A stretch of 63,056 nt of DNA, filler included, from Octopus bimaculoides (lineage: Eukaryota): assembly GCF_001194135.2 (NCBI RefSeq). It is 9 parts of 8 records of this genome, joined end to end, with 100 filler letters (N's around TTAATTAATTAA, not from the genome) between each part and the next. Parts side by side here need not be neighbours in the genome. Positions count along the whole stretch, not along the records: positions 23,767 to 27,427 come from NC_068984.1; positions 27,528 to 30,393 come from NC_068990.1; positions 30,494 to 55,093 come from NC_069005.1; 6 more parts are not named here. One strand, 5' to 3'. This document shows, piece by piece, positions 25,333-37,270 of the stretch (the first letter of the stretch is position 1; each line of letters starts with the position of its first letter). A program made the position numbers and the translations under genes. The notes under the pieces are model-generated. The model did no database searches. It saw only the letters and a list, made by a program, of their open reading frames with translations, and was not told where the DNA came from.

Positions 25333-25511
25333 AAATATATATAATGTATCAGTTTCTGCTTTTTAGCTGCTTCGAGCCTTAGTACTCCATACACCCCCGC
25401 CCTGTCAGAAGATAACCATCTCACACTCAGGCAAGAAGTGACATGATAGCGAGACATCTGCACTTTGTTGGATTTAAGTGATAAAACCTTGTACAATACT
25501 TTTACCACTTT

Positions 25512-25774
25512 GTAAAGAATAAAAAGTTTTGAATGGTACAACAATGCACTATAATACAAAAAATGGACTATATACCTGCTGTAATTATAACAGCGACTCC
25601 ATCTAAGAATATCTGAAGAAGGAATTGTATTCCGAAATATCATCGGATAATAGATAATTAAATTACAACAGGTATACAGTCCATTTTTTGTATTATAGTG
25701 CATTGTTGTACCATTCAAAACTTTTTATTCTTTACAAACAATACACAATGCTTCAAGCGAACTATAATACTCTC
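25512..25774 (+). mobile_element. Palindromic HHR-bearing mini-element (Penelope pLTR-like) with direct flanking repeat
   Basis: Arm 25512-25586 is inverted relative to about 25660-25735. 13-bp direct repeat cttttaccacttt at 25499-25511 and 25775-25787. Second family member at 58429-58748. Confidence 0.8.
25601..25655 (+). ncRNA. Minimal type I hammerhead ribozyme
   Basis: CTGAAGA 25613-25619, extra A, stem II GGAA/TTCC (25621-24 / 25630-33), GAAA 25634-37, palindromic ATAT in place of stem III, AUC cleavage after 25641. Stem I is 2 bp proximal plus distal atcta/tagat. Confidence 0.7.
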
Positions 25775-25827
25775 CTTTTACCACTTTCTCGGTCGCCATA
25801 GTAGGATACAGTGGCAAGCATTGCAAG

Positions 25828-25990
25828 TCGACTGGAATTTCGTCCGTCCTTACGTTCTGAATTCAAATTTCGCCGAGATCTACTTTGCCTTTCACCCTTT
25901 CGGGGGTCGACTAAATTAGTACCAGTTACGCATTAGGGTCGTTATAATCGACTAGCCCTCCGCCCCCAAATTTCAGGCCTTGCGCCTATA
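25828..25990 (+). mobile_element. SINE S2, 5'-truncated
   Basis: tacgttctgaattcaaatttcgccgagatctactttgcctttcaccctttcgggggtcgac...tttcaggccttgcgcct. Confidence 0.8.
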
Positions 25991-26139
25991 ATGAGCCTCC
26001 TCTACTCCTGGAAAATATATTTAACTTATTGATGGGACCATGACAGGCACTGCTGTTCCGGATCAGTGAGTATCTGGGAGTACTAATAATTGAGGAGTGA
26101 CTCCGCGTCCTCCACAACTCTAGATTCTTTGTATGCCTA

Positions 26140-26296
26140 GTACATATTCCATCGGTCTTTTGCCTAATCGCTTGATTACGGGGACGTAAACACACAAACA
26201 TCGGTAGCGGCACAAACACAGACACACAAATATATGTGTGTATATATATATACACACACACACACACGCACACGCACACGCACAAACACACACACA

Positions 26297-26360
<64 letters not shown>

Positions 26361-26522
26361 CGACGGGCTTATTTCAGTTTCCGTCTAATCCACTCACAAG
26401 GCTTTGGCTGATCCGGAGCTATAGTAGAAGACACATGCCCATGGTGCCGCGCAGTGAGATTAAAACCGGAACCATGTGGCTGGGAAGCACGCTGCTTACC
26501 ACACAACCACTCCTGCGCCTGT
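26140..26522 (-). mobile_element. SINE S1 with expanded internal (CA)n
   Basis: gcctagtacatattccatcgg ... acgacgggcttatttcagtttccgtc ... accggaaccatgtggctgg ... accactcctgcgcct. Confidence 0.88.
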
Positions 26523-26817
26523 ATGTACAATGATATTTAACAGTATCATTCTGATACGCGTGTGGAGGAAGAATTTCAGTACTCGGACTGATGAAGCGAA
26601 ACAACGTAGAAACGAATATGTCCTGCAATCAGATGACGTCATTCTTAGCGTCATGCATTTTCCCCATTTCAAATTTATGCTGTTATAGAAAAAAATACAA
26701 AAAAAAACAAAATCTTTTGCTTCCTTCTGCTCTTAGATATACATATATGTAAGTTTTTGTGTGTGTATGCGTGTGAGTATGTGTGTGCGTGCATGTATAT
26801 AAACGCACACACGCATA

Positions 26818-26854
<37 letters not shown>

Positions 26855-26922
26855 GTAGACATACATACACACTGGCGTGCACATTCGTATATACACACGT
26901 TCATACATGTTCGTACATGCTT

Positions 26923-26953
<31 letters not shown>

Positions 26954-28029
26954 AGCATGGCCTATGACGTAATAATTATCACGTAAGATAATTTAGCACA
27001 CTTTTAACAAACTTTCCAGTCACGAATTCATTGTTATTTAGATTTCATGGTTAAAGAGAAACAAAGAGAAGGACAAAGCAGAATCTCATATAAACATAAG
27101 TAAATGCGCTCATTCGTACATACGCCTACATGTTAATTTGCATGTGCGCGTGTTTATATACGTACATACATACGTACATATATATAAACACACGTACCAG
27201 ATACACGTGCGTATATAAACGTTGAAACAAGTCTGCGTGTCTTCGAATTTATACATGCATTTACATATGTATATATGGTTATATATATAAATGCATACAT
27301 ATATATATAGAGAGAGAAAGAGAGAGTGAGGGGGGAGAGAGATACACTTACATATTTCCATATAAATATATACATAAACCTATATCCGTATATATATACA
27401 TATACTTATATATATATATATATATATNNNNNNNNNNNNNNNNNNNNNNNNNNNNNNNNNNNNNNNNNNNNTTAATTAATTAANNNNNNNNNNNNNNNNN
27501 NNNNNNNNNNNNNNNNNNNNNNNNNNNGCATATGCCCTTACCGTGTATACACAAAAAGAATATACGCACGAAATCATAACAGCATATGCACAAGTGCGAA
27601 CCCAGGCCCCATATGCAAGCGTAGGTACATGTATATGAATATGTAAGTGCTTTAACTATACAGACATCTACATAAAAAAACCCATTAGATTTCAGTGTAT
27701 ATATGCAGCCAACTTCTTAAACCGCTGGTTGTATAAAGGTTAAAACCAGGCGAAAATACAAGCATAAAAGAATAAAAGAATACAAAGCGTTTTTTTAAAT
27801 TTTTTTTTTTAAATAGAATAGAAGAAAGTAAAAAGTAAAAAGTAAAAAATAAATAAAAATAAAAGTAAAAACAAGGGATACACATACATACATATATACA
27901 TATGTATACATATATATACATATATATATATGTGCCTGCCTGTCTACCTGTCTGTGTGAGTGTGTGTGGATATGTATATACCTCATATATATAAATATAT
28001 AGTTTATATATGTGTGTCTTATCTTGCGA

Positions 28030-28245
28030 GTACTTGGCAACTTTGCCGGTGTTGGTGCCATGTAAAAAGCACCCAGTACACTCTGTTAAGTAATAGTAGT
28101 TAATGTTAGGAAGGACATCCAGCCCTAGAAGCCATGCCAAAGGAAACATAGAACCTGATGGAGCTCTCTGGTTCATCTACACTTGTTGAACCGTCCAACC
28201 TATGCTTGCATAGAAAAAGGATGTTAAATGATGGTGATGATGATG
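28030..28245 (+). repeat. Interspersed repeat family G with (GAT)n tail (LINE-tail/SINE-like)
   Basis: ggtgccatgtaaaaagcacccagtacactctg...ccgtccaacctatgc...gatggtgatgatg; inverted homolog at about 29035-29225. Confidence 0.6.
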
Positions 28246-29417
28246 GTGATCTATACACACACATTATATATCTGAGTGAGAGAACTTAATTAAAACAATG
28301 TATTATTTCAACATTCTATACAACGTCTTTGTATCTTTTGGTGCAGTCAATCTATGGAGCAGATGGATAGAGTATATAATTTGGGAAGAAAAAAAATCTA
28401 GTTGGTTGAACAGGAAGACTGATGTGTTAACCGGCTGTGTAATTTTATGCACATGTCAATGATTGTGTATTTTTACCTCCTGTAACCCCCACCACCACCA
28501 CCACCACACCCGCCCCACCACCTACACTCCTCTATCCCTGTGTTACGCAGCGCTCTTTTGATGCTCTTCCAAATCAGTACTCTTTAAACAGATTGTGTCC
28601 TGCAATGCAATATGGCAGTAACATCTCATTCATCATAAAGACGGGGTCACCACCTTTTTCCTAATAAAAAGTGCCCCGATTATTACTTATGACAGGTTTC
28701 AGTGCATTTTTACTAGCAGAAAGCACCCTAACCCCTTAATATTTAAATTGGCCATATCTAGCCCAGATATTCAATGTTTTATGTTGAAACAGGTTAGATC
28801 TGGTCTCTTGCACCTACTCTATAATGTCACTGTAAAAATAAACAATCACATTGTTGAAATCTGAAAGCTATGAGATAATATATGATTAATTCAAAACAAT
28901 ATGAATAAATAAGCATTACATTTCAGAGAGAAATCTAAACCCTAAAGGGTCAACCCTTTTGATACTAACCAACCTGCCTGAAACTGTCTGTGAATCTGTT
29001 TTAAAGTTATCTAAATTAAAATTCCTGGGTCCGCACCTGATCTTCCATGCTGGCATGGGTTGGACAGTTTGACAGGAGCTGGCGAGCTGAAGAGCTGCAC
29101 CAGGCTCCAGTCTGATTTGGCATGGTTTCTACAGCTGGATGCTTTTCCTAATGCCAACCACTTTACAGAGTCTACTGGGTGCTTTTTGCATAGCACCAGC
29201 ACAGGTGCTTTTTATGTGGCACTAGCATGCTTATATGTATTTTATATTTGTGAGTGAGCAAACAGACGAAAGAAAAAAAGTACTCAACACATTTGGTAGC
29301 AGTATTTGTATTAGTATTTAAATAACAGTTTCATTCAGTTCCATGCAGCATAGTTTCATAGACACACCACAGGACCCTTCCTCATCAGTCTGAGGTGAGT
29401 GATATGGCGATATGGGA

Positions 29418-29630
29418 AGGTGGCGAGCTGGCAGAAACGTTAGCACGCCAGGCGAAACGCTTAGCGGTATTTCGTCTGTTTTTATGTTCTTAGTTCAAAT
29501 TCCACTGAGGTCGACTTTGCCTTTCATCCTTTCAGGATCAATAAATTAAGTACCAGTTACGTACTGAGGTCAATCTAATCGACTGATTCCCTCCCCCAAA
29601 ATTTTGGGCCTTGTGCCTAGAGTAGAAAAG
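29418..29630 (+). mobile_element. SINE S2, full length
   Basis: ggtggcgagctggcagaaacgttagcacgcc (A-box-like) ... agttcaaattcc (B-box-like) ... gtcgactttgcctttcatcc ... ggccttgtgcctagagtagaaaag. Confidence 0.9.
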
Positions 29631-29751
29631 GATATGGGGATATGGAGGAAATCCAAGGGGACCGGGCTGCTATTGGTCAAGGCAGGTCACATGGTGTTGT
29701 TGGTAATATTACTGAAACATCAGATAGTGGTCTCAATATGTATTTCTTGGA

Positions 29752-29983
29752 AGGCGGTGAGCTGGCAGAAATGTTAGCATGCTAGGCGAAATGCTTAGCA
29801 GTATTTTGTCTGTCTTTACGTTCTGAGTTCAAATTCTGCCGAGGTTGACTTTGCCTTTCATCCCTTCGGAGTTGATAAATGAAGTACCAGTTGCGTACTG
29901 GGGTCGATCTAATCGACTGACCCCCACCCCCCACCCCCACAAAAAAAAAAATTTAAGGCCTTGTGCCTAGAGTAGAAAAGAAT
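29752..29983 (+). mobile_element. SINE S2, full length, tandem neighbour of the previous copy
   Basis: ggcggtgagctggcagaaatgttagc ... gagttcaaattctgccgagg ... ggccttgtgcctagagtagaaaag. Confidence 0.9.
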
Positions 29984-30342
29984 ATGCATTTCTTAAACCT
30001 CATGGTCAGACAGGATGTTGATGATACCTTGATGTCTAGATAATGAGTGTAAAATTTAAGTGACAACAGCTGCTGGTAAGGGTGTGTGTGTGTATGTATA
30101 TCTACTGTATGAAAGCATGGATGTGTGTATGTGTTGCATATGTGTGTGTGTATGTGAGTGTGTGTGTGTGTGTGTGTCTGCTGTGTGTATGTGAGTGTGT
30201 GTGTGTGAGCATATGAATATTTGGTGTGCATGAATATGCTTGTGTCTGTATCTGTATGTGTATCTGCATGAATGGGTATGTATGTGTGCATATGTGTTCC
30301 GCTGGTATTAGTGTGTATATGAATACATGTATATATATATAT

Positions 30343-30393
<51 letters not shown>

Positions 30394-30924
30394 NNNNNNN
30401 NNNNNNNNNNNNNNNNNNNNNNNNNNNNNNNNNNNNNTTAATTAATTAANNNNNNNNNNNNNNNNNNNNNNNNNNNNNNNNNNNNNNNNNNNNTCAGTTT
30501 TAACAAATGTAATTCTTATCTAATCTTGCATTCTAATGACAAAGACTACATTTATTTATTTATTCATTTATTATTTATTCATTTTCCTAGAAATTGATAA
30601 TAAAGTTATAAGGATTTGAGGCTATGTAATTTTAGCCAATCACAGATATCCATTACCGACATGTCGTAGGTCGAAACAGTTGTCATGGAAATCAGCAAAG
30701 GCAAAAGAAATCAAAACCTTTACGTGGTCTGTCGACCAGCTAGAAATAACAACCAAATTATACTTGAATTACACCACAACGCCTAAGAAAAAACGAAGAA
30801 AGCAGAGAAGACGACGTTATATGACGTGTTGAGGATATTGATTTTCATAATTAGAGACCCAATGCATCGTAATGTGATCCTAAATTCATAACGACATTAA
30901 ATATGGCAATTTTTTATAAAGTGA

Positions 30925-31015
30925 AAGCGTGTGGCTTAGTGGTAAGCGTATTCGACTCTCGGGCGCATGGTCGTTGGTTCGATTCCCGGCGGCGCATTTT
31001 GTCCCTGAGCAAGAT
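30925..31015 (+). mobile_element. tRNA-like SINE head
   Basis: A-box TGGCTTAGTGG and B-box GGTTCGATTCC, then gtccctgagcaag; no tRNA acceptor stem. Confidence 0.6.
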
Positions 31016-31414
31016 ATTTTTATGTGAACTACCAACGAGGATAATACAAACCAAAGATGCGAAAGTAATTATGATTGATGTGTAATTAAACAGATTTAAT
31101 CAGACCGTGACAGGTGAAAGTCGTATTTGTTTTTAATTATTGCGATAGTCTAACCCTTACCATACCGACCTGACAAATGAGATGTCTTATCATGTCTGTT
31201 GTGGATTGAGGAAGTGTATAGCTTGTTTTTGTTTGAAGTGGCTGTTTATTCTACTCCAAGTTACAAACACTCCATTGACGCTGTGACCTTTAGAAAATCA
31301 ATGAACCGGCGTTTTACCTCTGCTGTAAACTTGTGCCTAACGACGCTATAGTTCACCTTTTATCTTTTACTTGTTTCAGTCATTTGACTGCGGCCACGCT
31401 GGAGCACCTCCTAA

Positions 31415-31930
31415 AACAAGGCCAGCAATTTCGGGATAGCGGGTAAATCGATTACATCGATCCCATTACTCAACTGCTGTTTATTTTATCGACCCCGAAA
31501 GGACAAAAGGCAAAGTCGACCTTGGCGGAATTTGAACTCAGAAGGTAAAAACAGGCGAAATGCCGTTAAGCATTTTGCTCGGTGTACTAACGATCCTGCC
31601 AGTTCGCCGCTTTTGCTCTGTGCCTAAATTACAAACCATTATACGCATAAATCCAGAACATAAAAATGGACGAAATGTTGATAAGCATTTTGCCCAACGT
31701 GCTAACGATTCTGCTAGCTCGCCGCTTTTGCTCTGTGCCTAAATTACAAACCATTATACGCATAAATCCAGAACATAAAAATGGACGAAATGTTGATAAG
31801 CATTTTGCCCAACGTGCTAACTATTCTGCCAGCTCGCCGCCTTAAAGGTAAACCCGACCTCGGCGGAATTTGAACTCAGAACGTAAAGACGGACAAAATG
31901 CCGCAAAGCATTATTGCCCGGAGTGCATGC
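31415..31930 (-). mobile_element. Cluster of SINE S2 copies with a local tandem duplication of about 110 bp
   Basis: gccgcttttgctctgtgcctaaattacaaaccattatacgcataaatccagaacataaaaatggacgaaatgttgataagcattttgcccaacgtgctaac occurs twice (about 31606-31710 and 31722-31825). Confidence 0.8.
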
Positions 31931-33489
31931 CGCCTCAATAAATTAGATAATATTGATAACATTATCTATGATTTTAATAAGCGGCTTCCGCTATCAACCA
32001 TGTATTGCTCAAATAGCTGAAATAACTCGAATAACAACCACATCTCCCTCAAATCATCCGTTCTATCGTCCTAACAATACAAGGGAAGGATACACTAGAT
32101 AACGCTGTTCTTGATGCCGTGTGTCACGTGAGAGAGAAAGCAGAATGGTTATAACTGAAATGTTTTGGTACCAACCCGGCTCAATCGGAGTCGACACTGA
32201 GCTTATCAACATTATCATTGGTCGAATCGAATGTCTAACGTTATTTAGTTATGACCCTTTACATCCTAGCCCGAAATCTCGATGAGATCAACTTTACATT
32301 TTCTTCCTGCCAGTGTCGATAAACACCATAGATATTCTTTCAATTTATGACTACAAAATGAAAGCGGAAAATCGCAATTCCCTGTAAATCTATTAATATT
32401 TCTAACTTGTATGTAACAAATTTTCCGGTGCAGAGACCAGGAAACAGTGCGTTTCTGCTATTTTTTGATTTACGTCAGACGTTATTACCCGGAAAATTAA
32501 ATATTTTAACTTTTATAGTTCACTAATAAATCATCCAATCAAGCATCTTCATTTCATAATACATCAGTCACGGGCAAACTGCGGTCCACGCGGCTTTCTG
32601 AATAGCACGCCAACGAAATATTACCTTGAATTTTCTTAGTAGTGCGACCGGTCTGGTGATGAGTCAAGTCTTCTGCAGTCTGCTTCTAGAAAAAAGAAAA
32701 ATTACCATGCCTGGTACCTTTCTATAGCTCTCTTTTTGCCGAGCCTCTAAATACGAGGACGTAAACAAACGATTGCCGTTTATCAAGAAGTGAAAGACGA
32801 ACGCAACGACGTGCCGTGCTCCTAAGCAATTTCTTGTCAAGCAAATTTTCTTGCAAGACATTTGTCGTTGTTTCTGTAGAAGACGCTTCTCCAGTGAACC
32901 GTGTTGTAAAGACTGAGTCTTAAAAAAAAAAAAAACGCAGTTGCCAAGCGAACTTCTTAATTATACAACCATGCTTACGTACTCAAAATAAATCATTGTT
33001 GTATTCAACAACGTTTCGTTCCCTACTGTTTCTTGCAAAGCTTGTGGCAATATACATAATATAATATATTCTTTGTTGCCGTTGGTATATTATTTCATGT
33101 TTTTTTTTTTCTTTTTTTTTGTGCTGTGTCATTTCTGAAAACGTTACAAAAGATTTCGATCAACAATTGAAAGGCTGTGCTCTTCATGCCATACAGGTCA
33201 ATCTGTGCAAAACTTTAGCTGTCAATGTATTACGATAATACATTATAGAGCTGCAAATAAAACTGTAACAATTACTATAGTTAATAGACTTAGCTTGGCA
33301 ATATTGGTGAAGATCGTAATCTTTGTTGTTACCTAACTACTCCTCCCATTTAAAAGCGATACAATATCATACTATTCAAGTTGTGGGTTAAGGAAGTTGT
33401 GTATAACTTGTTTGTATTTTGAAGTAGTGTATAACTTACTTGTATAACTTGTTTATAACTTGTTTCTATAGATAGTGTTTATCTATCTA

Positions 33490-33547
33490 TACGAGTGGGT
33501 GCTGAAAAGTTCCTGGTTTTGGATAAAAGAATATACAGAATATACAA

Positions 33548-33587
<40 letters not shown>

Positions 33588-33732
33588 AATTATGATTTTA
33601 TTCAACATATTCAGATCGACACACATATTGCAGCGGTCCTTCAGTTTTTCTAGGCCTTGTAAAAGAACTCGAAAGTTTGGGCCTCCAGTCAAGCCTTTCG
33701 CGACACTCCTAAAACCAGGAACGTTTCACCCC
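33490..33732 (-). mobile_element. Mariner transposon 3' end with TIR
   Basis: TA + cgagtgggtgctgaaaagttcctgg terminus. Minus-strand QGLEKLKDRCNMCVDL resembles the mariner C-terminal GI.KL..RW.KCV motif. Confidence 0.6.
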
Positions 33733-34416
33733 NNNNNNNNNNNNNNNNNNNNNNNNNNNNNNNNNNNNNNNNNNNNNNNNNNNNNNNNNNNNNNNNNNNN
33801 NNNNNNNNNNNNNNNNNNNNNNNNNNNNNNNNNNNNNNNNNNNNNNNNNNNNNNNNNNNNNNNNNNNNNNNNNNNNNNNNNNNNNNNNNNNNNNNNNNNN
33901 NNNNNNNNNNNNNNNNNNNNNNNNNNNNNNNNNNNNNNNNNNNNNNNNNNNNNNNNNNNNNNNNNNNNNNNNNNNNNNNNNNNNNNNNNNNNNNNNNNNN
34001 NNNNNNNNNNNNNNNNNNNNNNNNNNNNNNNNNNNNNNNNNNNNNNNNNNNNNNNNNNNNNNNNNNNNNNNNNNNNNNNNNNNNNNNNNNNNNNNNNNNN
34101 NNNNNNNNNNNNNNNNNNNNNNNNNNNNNNNNNNNNNNNNNNNNNNNNNNNNNNNNNNNNNNNNNNNNNNNNNNNNNNNNNNNNNNNNNNNNNNNNNNNN
34201 NNNNNNNNNNNNNNNNNNNNNNNNNNNNNNNNNNNNNNNNNNNNNNNNNNNNNNNNNNNNNNNNNNNNNNNNNNNNNNNNNNNNNNNNNNNNNNNNNNNN
34301 NNNNNNNNNNNNNNNNNNNNNNNNNNNNNNNNNNNNNNNNNNATTACACACAAATATACGTGTGTGTGTGTGTGTGTGTGCATGTGCATGTGTGTGAGTG
34401 TATGTATGTAAACTGG

Positions 34417-34471
<55 letters not shown>

Positions 34472-34859
34472 TATGTGTAGCCAAGCGATTTTCCAGGTAA
34501 CGAACCGATTTCTTTCATTACTCATAATTTGAACCATATCAATGCCTATTATTGATAATAATGCTTGAATGACATTATGGAGTTATAGGTGTGTAAGAGT
34601 CAAAAGCGTGTGTGTATGTGTGTGTACACTGTATTTTAAATGAATAATGTATAGTCTATTGACTAATTTTTTCTAGATCACTGGTGGCAAATAGAATTTA
34701 AAAAAAAATTTTTGCTACCCTCAGATTTATTAATATGTGTGTATATATATATATATTATATATATATATATGCTGCTGAAGGCTCATTTACGATAAATTA
34801 TTGGCCACGCCATTAGAATAATTGACAGCCGCGTACCCATAGAGTTGTTGTACTGCGAG

Positions 34860-35185
34860 CTTGTGTACAGCTGACGCGAACAAGGAAGGCGTAAACTGTG
34901 GTACAAAGAACAAAATGAAAAACAACCTCAAATGGAACAGCATTAGTCTACGCAAACTTGAAGTTCATGCCGCTGACAGATCAGCGTCGAGGTCTCTCAC
35001 CTCATGAGCAGTAGCTGTCTTCGAAGTGGACGGCCGACGGCGTCTCGCTGCTGCAAGAAGCAGACGTCACAGGACAGGATTCGCTTCAATCTAGACAGCA
35101 GACTATCGTTGTGAGACATGTGGTCGCCCGTGCGCTTCCAGCTCTGGCCTGCAGTCACATGCGTTCTCATCGTTGAGATAATGCG
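34860..35185 (+). mobile_element. RTE-clade LINE 3' end with C2H2-type zinc finger
   Basis: GRRKLWYK...AADRSA.RSL...FE...RRLAAARSRR...YRCETCGRPCASSSGLQSH. Confidence 0.75.
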
Positions 35186-35278
35186 TGGGTGTTCGCGAGT
35201 GCGCGTGCGCGTTTATATATATATATATACATACATGTGTGTGTGAATCTATCTACCTCTCTCTCTATCTATCTATCC

Positions 35279-35365
<87 letters not shown>

Positions 35366-35366
35366 T

Positions 35367-35590
35367 TTTATTCTTTTACTTGTTTCAGTCATTTGACTAT
35401 GGCCATGATGGAGAACCGCCTTTAGTCGAACAAATCGACCCCAGGACTTATTCTTTGTAAGCCTAGTACTTAATCTATCGGGCTCTTTGCCGAACCGCTG
35501 AGTTACGGAGACGTAAACAGACCAGCAACGGTTGTCAAGCGATGATGGTGGGGGGACAGACACAGACACAAAAACATATACACACACATA
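35367..35590 (-). mobile_element. SINE S1 tail half
   Basis: ttttacttgtttcagtcatttgactatggccatgatggagaaccgcctttagtcgaacaaatcgaccccaggacttattctttgtaagcctagtac. Confidence 0.88.
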
Positions 35591-35639
35591 CATACTCTTC
35601 CGCATCACAAATTTTACTTAATTCGCTTTGCGGGAAGTG

Positions 35640-35712
35640 CTATTCTAACAATGCGTCCTGCCCTAACTCTTCGAAACGCTTAGTTTAGAATAGAGGCAGC
35701 TGATGAAGGAAA
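35640..35712 (+). ncRNA. Candidate hammerhead ribozyme with rearranged (non-circularly permuted) strand order
   Basis: GCGTC 35653-57, CTGCC 35658-62, TCTTC-GAAA-CGC 35668-79, GGCAG-CTGATGA-AGGA 35695-35710; extra 9-bp helix 35640-48 / 35685-93. Confidence 0.5.
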
Positions 35713-36029
35713 TGTTCTCTATGTGGCCTGTCTGTTTTCCTGTGTGTTCCTATATATATATATATATATATATATACGACGGGTGTCTTTCAGTTTTCGT
35801 CTACCAAATCCATTCACAAGGCTTTGGTTGGCGCACCTAGACTTAAAAAGAATAGTAACAGCGTTCTGTACGGAGCAACCACGTCGAGGTGGTAACAACC
35901 ATTAATTTTCACTTGCATCTCATATAGAGGTTTTGGAACTAGCTATTTTGCTTGTTATATCGTGGCTAATAAATAAAAACCTTTCCTGAGAAATGGCGCT
36001 AAAAATAGTAACTTCACGAGGAATTGGTT

Positions 36030-36104
36030 TTGTTTGTGTGTTGTGGTTATGGATGTTGTTGTTGTTGTTGTTGATGATGATAATGATGATGATGAATACG
36101 GTGC

Positions 36105-36142
<38 letters not shown>

Positions 36143-36460
36143 ATGTTTGTTGTGGTGGTGGTTGTTGATGATGATGATGGTGATGATGATGATGGTGGTG
36201 GTGGTGGTGGTGGTGGTGGTGATGATGATGATGCATACGGTGCAAGTAATAGTATCATGATGATGAAGCACGTTGTAGTCGTAATTTTAATTGTCGTTGT
36301 TGTGGTAGTGGTGGTGGTAGTGGCGGTGGTGGTGGTGGTGGTGGTGGTGGTGATGGTAATTGTGGTGTTAGAAATAGTGATAGTTCTGTTGCACTTGTTG
36401 CTGTTGCAGTGATGGGCAGTTGTGCTGGCGGTGGTGCTGGCGGTGGTGATGCTAAAAATA
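36030..36460. repeat. Compound trinucleotide low-complexity tract (GTT/GAT/GTA/GGT)
   Basis: Direct reading. Confidence 0.9.
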
Positions 36461-36695
36461 GCAGTAGCAGGAATAGTTGATTAGAATAGCTGAATTAGAA
36501 ATAAAAATACTTGTTTATTTGGTCAGTTAGATTATACATACATACATGCATACATACATACATACATACATACATACATACATACATACATACATACATA
36601 CATAAACAACTCGGCTTGACCTACAAAATATTCTCGTTGACCAACTCGATGAAACGAAGTTTTGTAAACAGAAGCTGTTTTTATTNNNNNNNNNN

Positions 36696-36769
<74 letters not shown>

Positions 36770-37031
36770 TGACTTGACAAGAAAATCATTTAAAACATGG
36801 CAGTAAGACCACTATACTATGTTGTTCAAAAACAGTGACAGTCGCATTGGTTTAATGCAGTCCTGCCTAGGCACAAGATGTGTGTGTATGTGTGTAATGG
36901 AAATAGTTACTATGAAGCATTGTGTAGAATATATTGTATAAAGGACCGTGGGTAAGTCCAGAACAATGCGAAGTAAATGCAAGGCAAATCACAAGAAAAC
37001 AAATATATGAATTAATGTAGACTTACTTTGC

Positions 37032-37069
37032 ATTCAATATTTCGGGGTTATGACCACATCCTCAGGAAC
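37032..37069 (-). ncRNA. Minimal type I hammerhead ribozyme (minus strand)
   Basis: Minus strand GTTC-CTGAGGA-T-GTGG-TCATAA-CCCC-GAAA-TATT-GAAT. Stem I has 4 bp, stem II 3 of 4 bp, palindromic ATAT replaces stem III, AUU site. Confidence 0.55.
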
Positions 37070-37222
37070 TTAACGAAGTTTTCTGACCTTACCCACGATC
37101 ATATATATATATAAGTATATATATTTATTCTCATATTTCCCTTTATGCTTCCTATATTTCTCCCTTCCCAAAATAACTTCTAATATTAAATTCTATTTCC
37201 CTCTATGTAACTCACTCATATC

Positions 37223-37270
37223 GTCTCTGATGAAGGGATATCCCTCATATCCCCGAAACAGCTGTAAGAC
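37223..37270 (+). ncRNA. Type I hammerhead ribozyme with palindromic short stem III
   Basis: GTCT-CTGATGA(37227-33)-A-GGGATA/TATCCC-C-GAAA(37255-58)-CAGCTG-TA-AGAC. Stem I GTCT/AGAC, GUA cleavage after 37266, A.C mismatch at the base of stem II. Confidence 0.8.

Noticed and set aside
26585-26630. CTGATGA...GAAAC hammerhead-like words
   Set aside because: Stem II has mismatches at its base and no stem I pairing flanks a valid cleavage site.
29340-29395. Minus-strand CTGATGA...GAAAC
   Set aside because: No stem II and no matching stem I partner; the local hairpin cctca/tgagg overlaps the core.
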